Assembly: GCA_010093605.1 (NCBI GenBank)
Contig: MU004195.1
Coordinates: 124,001-188,000, forward strand
From: Lophium mytilinum
Taxonomy: Eukaryota
Direction: 5' to 3'
Length of the DNA stretch: 64,000 nucleotides
Shown: positions 47,111-59,345 of the stretch, in pieces
How positions within the stretch are numbered: position 1 is the first letter of the stretch
How the letters are laid out: every line of letters begins with the position of its first letter
Translations under genes and position numbers: made by a program
Notes under the pieces: model-generated
What the model was told of the DNA's origin: nothing
Database searches by the model: none
Seen by the model: the letters and a program-made list of their open reading frames with translations, nothing else

Positions 47111-50100
47111 TCACCCTCCGAAGTTCATCTTCAATGCGATGGTGGGCTCGCCACTCTCGTCCCTCCTCTGCGCATCCCTCCCTCTCGCCTGGGCGCCCGC
47201 ACTGCCAGCCTTGATCACGCTTTCCATGAAGCTTCTCTGCTCAGCACTCATGCCGCCCACAACTCCCTTAAACGCAGTCTGATCAGCTCCTGCAAGCTCG
47301 AGTAGCCGGGCAGCAGTCTCTCTGTATGTCTCAGCGCCCTCCTTGCTCGCGCGTGCTAGTAGTGTAGGGACCACAAGCGCCATGGCCGTCTGCTTCTGCT
47401 GCGTCTTCGCGAGGCCAGGCACGAAAGAGGTCAATGAGTGCGCGACGATAGTACGGCTCTCATCCAATCCTTCGACGTCAGATGGATTAGCTAGGAAGGA
47501 CACAAGAATCGGGAGGAGGTGAGACGCCATCGCCGATTCCGCAGCACCCTTGCTGGGAAGTAAGAGGAGGGTACGACTGCAATTTGCGGCCACTTTGCTA
47601 GTCATGCGGTTTTCTAAGCACTCGCCGATCTCATCGATGAATCGCTTCAGGAGCGGATCACTACCCTCTAGCGCCGGCGCTGCGGAGCTAAGCAGGATAG
47701 TCGTAGCGAGAATAGTGTTCTTCTCGCACGGCAGCGCCGCCTCCGATTCTCGCTTCTGTGCCTGTTTGAGGATGGCTAAGAAACGAGTGAGGACGCCACG
47801 GAGCTGCACGGTAGTCTCGGGGGCTGACGAGCGAGCGAGGCTCGTAACAAAGCGCCTGAATATGGGAAGTGACTGGGGTATCACAGTCTCCTGGCACGAT
47901 CCAGTGCCCAGTATTGTCGTGAATATGTGAAGGATGCAGGCATGAAGGTCGGTTTTGATAACAGAAGGGAACACGGCTGCGGCGTCTACGAGAGCTGATA
48001 GAGACAACCGTAGCAGAGCCAAGGCTTCTTCAGATAGATCGGGGCGAGCTGGGAATATTGCATCAGCACAGAAAACAATGAAGGTTGTAAATCTCGCACC
48101 TTGTGACTTTTTCTCGGCCAAGTTAGGTACCAAGCCTTCGAGCACAAGGACCATGATTTTAGTCAACTCAAACAGCTGATCGATGTCTTCCGATAACTTC
48201 TCTTCGCCGACAGGCCCACTAATTGATAATTAGCTTATAAGTCATCCAATCTGCATGGAAACATACTCATGCCCTTTCCTCGCCGATGGATGGCCTAGGC
48301 ACAGGTTCCTCGCGATTTCCACGATCACAGACTGTACGCTTAGTCCCTCGGTCAGTGCCAATCGATCAAGCATATCCATAGTTTCCGAGAAGACGACTTC
48401 TTGGTAGATGGCATGGCCCGAGACAGCCGGTCGAAGTATCTTCTTCAATGCCCGTAGTATTCCCAAGATCTGCTCCTTTGTTGCTTGCATGTCTCCCGGT
48501 CTGCCCACAAGCGCTTCAAAAGCAAGGCCGAAAAGAACGAAGAAGAAAGCCACGGGCTCGTCTCGATAGTTGATATCACTAGGTTTTCCATTTGCGCTGG
48601 GTGTTGAGGGCTCTGTTTTCCCATCGAGCGCATCGAAGACAAATTCACTGTCCTCATCAATGAGGCTTGCGATCGCATCAACGAGATTGAGCCAGGAATC
48701 TTGGTAGAACTACAAAGATGTTAGGGATTTCCAAGATAGTCATGATGGAAGTTTACCTTTAGCAGTGTCTCTCGATTCAAGGCGGCGTATATCGTGTCCA
48801 AGCTTCCTGAGAGCGAGCCGGGTCCCGACGACGAGATATCAGGCTCAAAGCGTAGCCGTGCATACTCCCGCAGTGATGAGAGCCAAAGTGGGGTCAACTT
48901 TGCGATATGTGGTTTCAAGACATCGACAAGATATTTCTGCTCTGCGCTGGCAATCTGAAGCTCTGCCCACGCCGAGAATACGGCCATCTTGACCATGACC
49001 TGGGCATTGGAGCTGAGGCCTTTCAGGTCACCGATGGAAGCAATCTCAGATTCGCCTGAAGACCAAGTTAGCCAAAGCAACGCGGGATTCATCATAGAAG
49101 ACCTTACTAGAGAAGTTTTCAAGGGCTGAGACGAGAAGCTTGAGGATACGGCCCATTCGGTCGACATCTGTGACGATCCCAGTAGCGATAAATGTTGCAC
49201 AAACATTGACAGCTTCTGCCGCTAGCTCAGGAGAGGAGTCTGCAGCAAAAGCCGGAGTGAGGGCTGAGCCAATCTGGGCTTGATATTGCTCAAGGAGTGA
49301 AGCTTCAGCAAAATCAGGGTCAGGAGTTTTGCCGAAAATCTAGTCATAACAATTAGTACAATCTCTAAGTAGTCATATAAAGAGCTTCACTTGCCTTTAG
49401 AACTTGATCGATAATCTTCAAGCCCCTAATTCGTAGCTGCACGACACCAGCGGTAGACGCAGAGAAAGCGATACGCACCACATCCGCAATTCTCTGCTGT
49501 AACGCAAGTGCAGCTGGAGAATGTTCTTGCGACGCCGCCTCCCCACTGATCATGGAGAGAAGGTCGCTAAGACAGTCCATCGCAAATGTCCGCACTTGCC
49601 ATTTCAGCAACTCTTGACTAAACTGCGCTGCAGAGCTTGGGTCTTCCCCAGCTGTTGTGGCGGATGTAGCAAATCCGGCCACCTCCTCATCTTGTAGATC
49701 TGGAACCGCTGGCTTTTTAGTCTGTGGAGCGGCGACCTGCTCCGGCCGACGCATTGTCTTAGTAAGAACGGTATGGCATCTTTGTACCCACTCCGCCGTG
49801 TTTGACAGCCCCGTTTGATGAAGCCAGTTTCTAATTATGTTCCGCACGACTTCATGCTCTGGAACACTGTTGAAAATCAACCAAAGCTGATCTTCTAAGC
49901 CGGGCTCTGCAGTTCGTATGACCTCTTCTGCATTACGTCTCATGAGGTTGTGAAGTCCATCAATAGCCATATCCCTGATCTGAACTGAGTTGCTATCGAG
50001 ATCCTTTTGAAGGTGTTTGACGTATGCGGCAAACTCCATGTGGCCCGGAGCATAGAGTGAGAGATGTTCTTGGCATCGGAGGCATTCAATAAGAACCAGT

Positions 50101-53100
50101 CGCTCTTCTTCACGCTGGAACCTATCGATGAGTATCATGATCAAGTCTCGCGCCTTTGTCATGTCTTGAAGGTCTGGTCCGAGAACATTGATGATACTAT
50201 CAATACAGCGAGCAATGACTGCTGGAGAGGGAAGGTCGATTTCGAGATTGGAAGACGCCAATGACGCGCATTCGTCGTTGTGAGTATCGGCAACGTACAA
50301 CTGCGCAAGCATGCCGAGGGTACCGGAAACATAGCCAGAGAAAGTCAACCCAGCAGAGTCTGCCACTCTCGACAAGCTCTCTAGAGCCCAAAAGTGGACT
50401 GTTGGGTGGGGATCATTGCTGAGGGACATTAATATTCCCAATATATTCTTCAAATGATAGCCAGCTGCCATGCCACCTAGTTGGGAGTGTATGCATCCCA
50501 AAGCAAGCGCACATCCTGATCTTGCATTGGGCTCCCTATTTGAAACAATCTGATCGACAAGGTAGTTGACTTCCGCTGTAGTGAAGGCATTCCCTGAGCT
50601 GCTACAAAGACGTCCGAGTGCTTCGCTGGCTACGTTTCGAACGTACGGATCAGGATGTATGATGAAGACCTGGTATCCATCGTTAGACAATCTCTTGACA
50701 TGGAAATGATCAGAACTTACATGCAATAGCTCTTGCATGACCTTTTCAACTGCGCCACCCCTTAGATCACCTGAAGCGGACCGAGTTTCTTTCACGGCAA
50801 CCTTCAACGTAGCTAGTAAGGCCATAGCAATATTGACCATCATTGCCGACCTTCGTCCAGGATCTCTTTGTAGATTGTTGGCGGAGAGAAATGACGACAT
50901 TTGCTCAAGTATGCTCTCTTGGACCTTGGGAGTCTGAAGGGGCAGACATATCGCGAAAAGATTGATCGCAGCGTTGATTACCTCTGTAGAAGGCGGATCA
51001 GGAAGATTGTTGAGATCATCCGAATTGTTGATGTACAGGGTGAGGGAGTCATGCTCTCGAGCTCCGCAGATAGGTGACAGGAGCTAAAAGTATAAGCATG
51101 AGATTCGCTAAAAGCCTTTGGATAGGAAACGTACTGTTCGATCTACCGTGGCTTCTGGCCCACTTCTGGTCACCCAATGATGCTGCGTACTGAGATCTTG
51201 TTCTCCAGGTAGAGGTTTTATGTCGAATGCACGGAGCAGTCCAGTGACTCCGAAGCCGCAATTGTCGCCGACATCCCATATGCTCTCGAACGTACCGGCA
51301 GAGCTGGCAATCGAAGTGCTGAGAGAGCTGGGTGCGTAATTATCAGGGTCCGCGAAACTTGAAAGTGCAAACGGAAGCAGGTTGGTCTGTAAAAGCATCT
51401 CGCTGCTTCCAGGTGGGCTTAGATTGACAAGCTTAGAGTAACATTGGAGTACCCTTCTCCGAACCATGAGATCAAAATCGTGGAGTTGGAGAGCTGGTGA
51501 CAGTCTTTGCGAGATGTCGTCCGTGGTCTTCTTCGTTGGCAGGGTGTTCAAAAACATGGTGGTGTTTTGAAGCATGGCAGCCAAACGCTTAGTGACGTCC
51601 AAAGTTAACAACCTGCTGTTGAACTCTAAAAAGTTCAGAATAGACCCCAGTGCGCATTCCCGTACATGCGCAAGGAAGCTTAATTCCAAAACGTTCCGTT
51701 GAACCATATTATCCCTGTTCAATGGCTTTGGCAGAGCATTCTTCCAGAGTAGCAGTAGTTGAGATAGATGAATCTTGACAAAATTTGGCCCAAGAGTCAT
51801 TAGGCCTCCGATTAAAATCCACGCGACTTGAATTTGCGTAGAGGAGATTCGCAAGTCGGAGCTGCTACTGGACTTTAGCAATGTAGTCGCTTGAGAGAGC
51901 ACCCGGGAGTTGACATCAACGGATCCATATAACGGCTGTAAATTTGAAGTACTCAAGACAGCAGAGAGCCCGTTGGCAAGCCCAACGCATCTTCTCGGAG
52001 ATTGGCGAGGCCCAGCAAGCAGGCTCAGCTCCCGATTAACGCTATTCATGCATATGGTGACAGAGGGTAGCAGTTGCTGGGGACAAGCCAGAACAAAAGA
52101 GCGTAGACAAGAAGCGGCATACACTTGAACAGTGTAGCTGGGGTGCTGGAGAACTTGCAGCAGTCCTTCTCGGCAAGTATCCGCTACCGCATTGGTTGCT
52201 GATCCTAGACTATTCATCAGAGAAGAAAGCGCACTCAGTGCGCCAGTCAAAGCTTGCTTCGACGGTTCCGGCCTTTCCTTCAACGCTTGAGGGTAGTCTT
52301 TGAGAATCTCGTTGACGAGGTACTTGGATGCGTTGAGTTGGCCAGATTCCCCAAGCATTTCTCGGCCAATGACTTGTTCTAAAATAATTCGAACATATTT
52401 CCGCGTCGTAAGTAGTCGGTATCGGTTTTGCACGATGCTCGAATAGCTGAGCAAGTCGTTCAGAAGGTGCCGAGCAATGTCTCCGTATTTGTTTTCAACG
52501 ATCTTTTCGCCGAGGCCGCGTAAAGTCTTCATATAACAGATAGCAATTCCAGCTCGGCCGCGGTTGCTAGTGGCGGGACGACAGTAATGACTCGACAGTT
52601 GCTTGAACAGTTCTGGAATCGCAAATGCCAAACGCGTTGCCGGTTTCTGGGGTGCCGGCGATCCGGGCCTCTCAATGACATCGTCGTCTCCTTCGATCTG
52701 AGATTGCTTCTTCGTTGGTTTCCTCTTCGTCTTGCTTCTCGAAAGAGTTTCTTTGGAGGCATTCTCGGAGTAGCTTTTCACCAAGGCAGTGCTAAGACAT
52801 GAAGCACCGGCATGCCTCACTGTGCTGGAACCAGTGTCGAGAACCTTCCATATGACACTTTGGAGTTTCTCAAAGTCGTTAGAGTTGTCGAAATAATCTG
52901 TCTCGCGGACGAGCTGTTCTAAACACCAGCAAGCGCTCGCCTGGACAAGTAGTGACTTGTCTCCTGAGGCAGCCGATCTTGCTTGCTTCCATACGTCTCT
53001 GGCTACAGACTCATCAGCAGATCCACCAATCCCTTTGAATACCCTGCCCAGAGCCTTGAATATGGTAGCCCGAAACCCGGCATGGTTTTGGGAAATCTTG

Positions 53101-53570
53101 AGGAGACGCATCAAGGACATTGACACAAGGCCGGAGAGGCCCACGGCGCTATCCCCAGCAGCTTCATATACATATCCAAGACTGTGGGCCGCGGCGTGCT
53201 TGGCCTTGATATCCTTCTCACTCCTGCCCGTAGCATTCAGAATTGCCACTAGCTCGTTGATAGACTCAAAGAGTAGTTTGCGATCCCCCTTTCCGAATAT
53301 TCCAGCAAATGTCCTGCCAAGATTGTTGCGAATGATACGTGTAGGCGCAGGCGAGGGCAGGCTGATGATCTGGAAAAGCTGCTTCTTGACATATATTTGG
53401 TGGGCGGAGGCGCCGTCTGCATCGAGCGAGGAGACATGCCGAGCAAGATCGGACGTGAACGTAAGAAGGTAGAGGTCCTGCTGCTCAGAGGGGAGAGCGT
53501 GCAGCTTGGGGATGTCGAGCTCCGGGTTGGAGACGTCCCCATTCGCAGGACTTCGCTCGTTTGTGGCCAT
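47111..53570 (-). CDS. LAA1: HEAT-repeat AP-1 accessory protein Laa1/HEATR5, multi-exon
   Basis: About 2000 aa of HEAT-like sequence over consecutive ORFs with GT-AG introns. HSQLGGMAAGYHL, DPDFAEASLLEQYQAQI and C-terminal PTIALKMNFGG. Confidence 0.92.
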
Positions 53571-53778
53571 GGTGGTGAGATATTAAGGGTAGACGGCTTC
53601 AGTACGATCGAATGCTATGGCGAACATGTTGCATAGCGGTGTGGTGAGGGCTGTCACTAGGAGTTCAGGTTGTCGACAGTGCGGAGTAGATCGCGCACCT
53701 CCGCTGCCAAGAATAGAATAAATCTATCCCCTCGAATCGTTGGTGCTTCGAACTTATTCTTCTCAGCTCCAGTAATCA

Positions 53779-54721
53779 ATGTCGACAGCACCGCGACGTC
53801 TCTTGACGAAAGCCTGGTCCTCGGACCTCTACACATGTGCGGCATGTCGCCATTCACGGTTCTTGACGACATCAGCGTCATTGCAGTCAGGCCATAATAA
53901 ATGGTCGACAATCAAGCACGCCAAGGGGAAGAACGACGCCGTCAAGAACAAGCAGCGCTCTATTTACTCGAGCATAATCGCAAATGAGTCTAAGCGTAAA
54001 GCTCACACCTCGATTGGAGCTTCCTCGAGCTAATTGAGCCTTTTCTGTAGTCTACGGAGCGGACCCGAACAGCAATCCACGTCTCGTCGTCGCCATATCC
54101 AATGCGAAGAAAAACGGAGTCCCCAAATCCGTGATAGAAAGCGCAATCGCAAGGGGACAGGGAGTGTCAGCATCAGGTGCCGCACTCGAGTCTGTTGTGG
54201 TGGAAGCTATCTTGCAATCATCTGTCGCCGCCGTAATCGATTGCCAAACCGAAAGCAAGCTTCGGACCCTTATGGATGTCCGTCGTATCATCAAAGATCA
54301 TGGAGGCAACGTCACACCTACAAACTATTTGTTCGAGAAGAAGGGTCGGATAGTGTTTCAGGAAAAGGAAAACGTGGGCGTCGAAGAGGTTCTGTCCCCA
54401 GCTCTTGACTGTGGAGCGCTCGACGTCCTGGAGAATGAAGACGGCAAAGTTGTCGTGTTCACGGAGACGAACGACACCAAAGGCACAGCACATGCACTTG
54501 CTGCGGAGTTGGGCATCGAGATTGAATCGAGCGATATAATATGGGACCCCAACGCAGAAACTAAGGTGGAATTGGAGAGCGTGGACGCAGCCAAGAATCT
54601 CAGAAGCTTCCTAGATGAATTACAAGAGGTCTCGGAAGTTCAAGGCGTGTACATGAATCTGAGCAGAGGGAGCTTGGACGAAGAGCTATGGGCAGACTTG
54701 CGGGATAGAGCGGAAGTGTGA
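53779..54721 (+). CDS. TACO1: Mitochondrial YebC/TACO1 (DUF28) family protein, 2 exons; intron ~53996-54050
   Basis: Arg/Ser/Thr-rich presequence followed by SGHNKWSTIKHAKGKND, plus YLFEKKGRI. Confidence 0.9.
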
Positions 54722-54966
54722 GTGTACATATTTGTACAAATGTACCAATACAACTGTATATACCCAAACTCCAAATGATGCAATGTCGTAACTCCTCTCT
54801 CATGCATGCCTAACAATTGCACTGAGCCCTTCAATCCGAATTGACAGCACTCGCCAATCCTCAGCGCGCTTCTCAATGTGCTCGTCCAAGACGTCCTCGT
54901 CCACGACGTTCGCATCTCAGCCCAGGGTGAACCGCAGGCCCTTCGATTGCCTGTGATTTCCGTATC

Positions 54967-55290
54967 CTAGTTTTCTTCCTCCTGCACAGGCCGTCGCTGA
55001 TTTCGCTTCGCTTCCTCCAACCTCTCCTCCCTGAGCGCCAACCGCCGCGCCTTCATGCGCTTCAGTTCCTTTTCAATCTCATCCCGCTCATAAGGCACTC
55101 GGTTCGTTTGTCCTTCTTTGGGCCAGAAATCGGGAACGCTGAATTTGCCATCGAGGTTTGTGCCGAAGTAGTACATTATGCCAATGGGGAAAAAGATGTA
55201 GAGGCCGAACTGGGAGAAAATTAGTAGTTAGAAGAGGACGCGGGCATTGCGGCGCATTACCTTAAAGACTTCCAAATTGGGTCCGCCCAT
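54967..55290 (-). CDS. PET100: Cytochrome c oxidase assembly factor Pet100, 2 exons; intron 55211-55260
   Basis: MGGPNLEVFK|FGLYIFFPIGIMYYFGTNLDGKFSVPDFWP. Confidence 0.9.
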
Positions 55291-55846
55291 TGCGACTTGA
55301 AGAGTATTTGTGATCGTAGGATTCTACAGGTCTCGAGGTTTGGAAAGACGGCAGCTTTGTTTAGCAGAGAGGTAACTTCGCGATGTGAGGATCATCAGGG
55401 TTTCGGCGATTGGCCGGCTTTTTGCCACTAATCTTATCAGATCTCTAGTGCATATTCCCCGCAGCCTCCGGCACATGCTTCTCTCCTCATTCAATTCTAG
55501 GAAACCTCCTGTAGCTAATTGCATTGATGCTTGGATGGTAAGGTATCATATAAACTTCTATCGCTAAAATACTTCTTGTTATGTATCAACTAGAACAAAC
55601 CCTGGACTTCTGACCTCAGCGTTAGAAGTCAAGCCTCGGTACAAATCTCATCGGCTTTCTGCACATGTTCACTCACTTGTCAACCGACCACAGAGTTTCT
55701 TACCGTCGCCTCCGTAATGTAATACAGTCTCTCAATGATACTTCTTTTCTGAACGCCTCCTTTAATTCTTAGGTATCTAAACACCGTCCGCTCCTAAGCA
55801 AGGATCTTCGCCTCACTTCTTTCAACGTACCAGTAGCCTTTACAAC

Positions 55847-56711
55847 ATGACCGAATATGTAACCACCGCCTATCGTGGCAATATCGCCATCATAACGCTG
55901 AACGACCCAAAGAAGCTGAACGCTTTGAACGCAGACGGTTTGTCGCACAGCCTGCCTTCCAACTAGTCCCATCTAACACTCCGCGCCAGGTTACCACCAG
56001 CTAGCTCAGGCTATGACCACCGTCGCGAACCGCGAGGACATTGCCATTACAGTTCTGACCGGCAGCGGGCGATATTTCTCAGCTGGCGCCGACGTCTCAA
56101 TCGGCGGCTCACAACCTAGTAATGAAGACACGACGCGCTTCTGGCTGAGGTCGTTCGTCTCGCAGAACATATACATCACACATGCCTTTTATACCCATCC
56201 CAAGATCCTTGTCACAGCCCTGAATGGCCCTGCTGTCGGGCTCTCCGCTGCTCTAATCGCGTTTTCCGACTTCATCTACGCCGCGCCGCACGCGTTCCTC
56301 CTCACACCCTTCTCTTCGCTAGGCTTGGTTACTGAGGGTAATGCAAGCCGTGGCTTCGTTCAGCGGTTGGGCATAAGCAAGGCGAACGAGGCTCTAATAA
56401 TGAGTAAAAGGATAAGCTGCGAAGAGCTCGTGCAGGTAGGCTTCGTGAACAAGGTGTTCGACGTCGGATCGAAAGATAGCTCTGACAAGTTCTTGGGAGA
56501 GGTATTGAAGGAGGTGGATGACCGCCTCGGGGCGCATTTGAACGCGGACAGCATGGTGAAAATCAAAGCACTGATCCGGAAACCGGAAAGGGATATTCTG
56601 GACAGGCAGGGCGTGGAAGAGGTCTTTGGTGGGCTGGATCGCTTCACGAAGGGCATTCCTCAGAAGGAATTTGCTGCTTTAGCTAGCGGGGCTAAAAAAC
56701 ATAAGCTATAG
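55847..56711 (+). CDS. ECI1: Peroxisomal delta3,delta2-enoyl-CoA isomerase (crotonase fold), 2 exons; intron 55938-55989
   Basis: ITLNDPKKLNAL, GRYFSAGADV, LNGPAVGLSAAL, LGLVTEG and C-terminal PTS1-like HKL. Confidence 0.92.
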
Positions 56712-57135
56712 AGCAGGTGGGATTAGAGAGTTTTGAATAGACTATATATTTTTAGTCCTTCTCGTATAATCCCTTGACTCTCGACCTCACTACACTCTTG
56801 GCAGTGTATGAAGTGCTTCAGCCCGTTGTTGAACTACAGGAAGTGTTGTCAAGGTTAGAGCACAGAATTCATATACGCTGTTTACTCTGTTTTCCAGTCG
56901 CCTACCGCCATCTGAGGTACTTCAAAGTACGATTGAAAAGGCGGATCAGGTATGATACTTCCTGCGGCGCGATTCAGGCCAGGTCGGGTGCTCTTGATTA
57001 TCGGATACCGAACAAAGCTACTTTGGAAGATGTGGTCAGGAGCGAGATGCCGTCCATTTTTCGAAGTTATTGAGCAGACTTTGTAGCACCTCAAGCCCTG
57101 GATATTGAAGTTCCCAGCTAGGTGCGGCACCTGCA

Positions 57136-58495
57136 TCAACCCAACTGAACTCCGCCCTCGCCGACAAGTAGTTCGCCCCCAACGATGTCTCCACCAAGGA
57201 CCGGCGCTCTTTGAGATCCGTTTGTACCCGCGAATCCTTGGTTACCATTCGACGGGCTCGCCCTCTCTGAATCTGCATGTCGAGCCTCCTCTTTCTGCTT
57301 CTTTCGTTCCGCCGCCTGAGTCTTAGTCATATAGCTGCTATATCGTAACGTTCCTAAGATCAGAGCCGCGGATATGCCAATAGCAATTGCAGCTCTTCGC
57401 GTCAGGACCCAGCGCAAGCCTTCGACCTCGCTTCTCGCATCGGAGTTTAAGGCGACGGTGATCTTATATCCTAGTTCTTGGATCTGTAGAAACGCCATCA
57501 GACTTTGTTTTTATCTCTGCGAAGTTGTAACGTACCTTTGTCTCCATATTGCGCTGCTCCGTACGCACTGCCATCTTGCGGTCATCGAACATGCCCTTCA
57601 GGTCGTCTTTCAAGGTAAGACTCTCCTGCGTCATTCTCTGATTCAAAATGTCCACTTCGTGTTGCAGGTGGGTGCGCGCCGTTCGCATCTTCTCCGTCTC
57701 CGTGTTACGATTATTCGCGATTTCGGTGCGGAGCTCGCTGCACGCTGCGCGGAAAAGATATGTTTCCTAGATATCATAACCGTCAGCCAATTCAATAAGA
57801 CAAATAATAGATGCTATTGGAGTCTCACGTTCTCAACATTGCTCTTGCTGACCAAGCCATCCCTCGCAAGCTCCATATTGTCCGTCAATATGCCCCTCAC
57901 AGCTTTCATGATGGACACTGATTGACCCTGGTTGAAACCCGAGGCTTCCAGGTCTTTTACTAGACCGTATGTGTCGAACTTTTGGCTGTTAGCATATGGC
58001 AGCGACAGGTTGCCCAGTAATACGTACGTGGTGCACATAACGAGGGGCCTGGAGGTGGGGCGCTTTTTTTGATTCTTCACTCGGAGATGGAAGATGCAGA
58101 ACATTTTCTAGCGGGTGTGACTGCGCAACTTTGGGCGCGTCTGGTATCGGCGTTGATGGTGTGGACTCGGCGCTGTCCAATTTCTCCGTCTTTGAAGCTT
58201 CAACGGGGCTCTCGTCGGGAGGCGGCGCAGGAGGAGCCTTCTGCGACTCTTTCGTCTGAGAACTCTCGACTTTTTCTGGCGCTATCGGCGCTTGAGTATC
58301 CGAAATCGCTATTGGGATTTCGGCGCCTCCAAGAGCAGTCCCATACCGCTCTGGTCTTGCCTCTCGGCGGCATGTTGTGGTGGATAGGGAGTGGGAATGC
58401 GACCGAGGTTGCTTGAATCGTTGTGCGCTTTTCTGCGATACAGGCCTGACTGAGCGGTAGAATACAGGATAGAGAAAAGTCAATGGTTTCGACAT
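57136..58495 (-). CDS. Mitochondrial DUF1640 (CCDC90/MCUR1/Fmp32-Put6/7-like) coiled-coil protein, multi-exon
   Basis: Presequence, YVHH|FDTYGLVKDLEASGF, ETYLFRAACSELRTE, coiled coil and a C-terminal TM segment. Confidence 0.85.
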
Positions 58496-59345
58496 GCTGC
58501 TAAACGTCTACGCTGGTGGTGGGAATCGGCGTTGATCATAAAATAATCCTAGGAACGATCTAACAATCTTCAAGGTTTCTCTAAAGGTTGCCCTGCCAAG
58601 CCCGACGCCGGAGGCACGTGTTTTGCTAGTGCTAGAGCGGTAGAACTTGAATAATATACTACCCCTGGAATCTACACTGTTACCCGGCTTCCCTCACGAA
58701 CGAGTGACGAGAAAGATTCTCCCTTGAACCTATAGTAAAGTACTAACGAGTAGAGAGCCATTTTGATTCCCGTCTCGTCTGCTTCAAATCACAGAAGTAC
58801 CTAACACATTAGTATTCACGCGTGTATGTTTTCCCCTTCAGCAAGATTACAAGCCATATACAAAGGTTACCATCCATTGAAGGAATATTGATGTTGTAGA
58901 GAAAGACTGTTTCGCGAGTTCCAAGATATGGACATGATACGCAATTCCACCATCATCTATGCTTTCTACCTTTCTCTCTCCGTTTAAACAGACTACCGTG
59001 CGCCATGAACCCCTGACCACTCGAATAGGCTAAAGAAACAGGCCAGTGCTATGAATACCAGGCACGCCCACCTGGAAGCTTTGCAGGAATAGAAAAATAC
59101 AGTGGGGAGGCCGTATCTCGACATTCTCCACGGAAACCGAGACGTTATCCTTCATATATTCGACAATAAGTGGTATACCCATCGTAGATCATCCTAAAAA
59201 CTTTTTATTTCGCCGTTTCCATTCCGGGGGAAGAGTCGCCCAATTAAGACAGTTGTGAATATAAACGAGGTATAGAACAGATTCCATCCGAAACACCGGC
59301 GCCGACATCATCATGCATCATGGAAAGAGCGAGGCGAAATCACTA

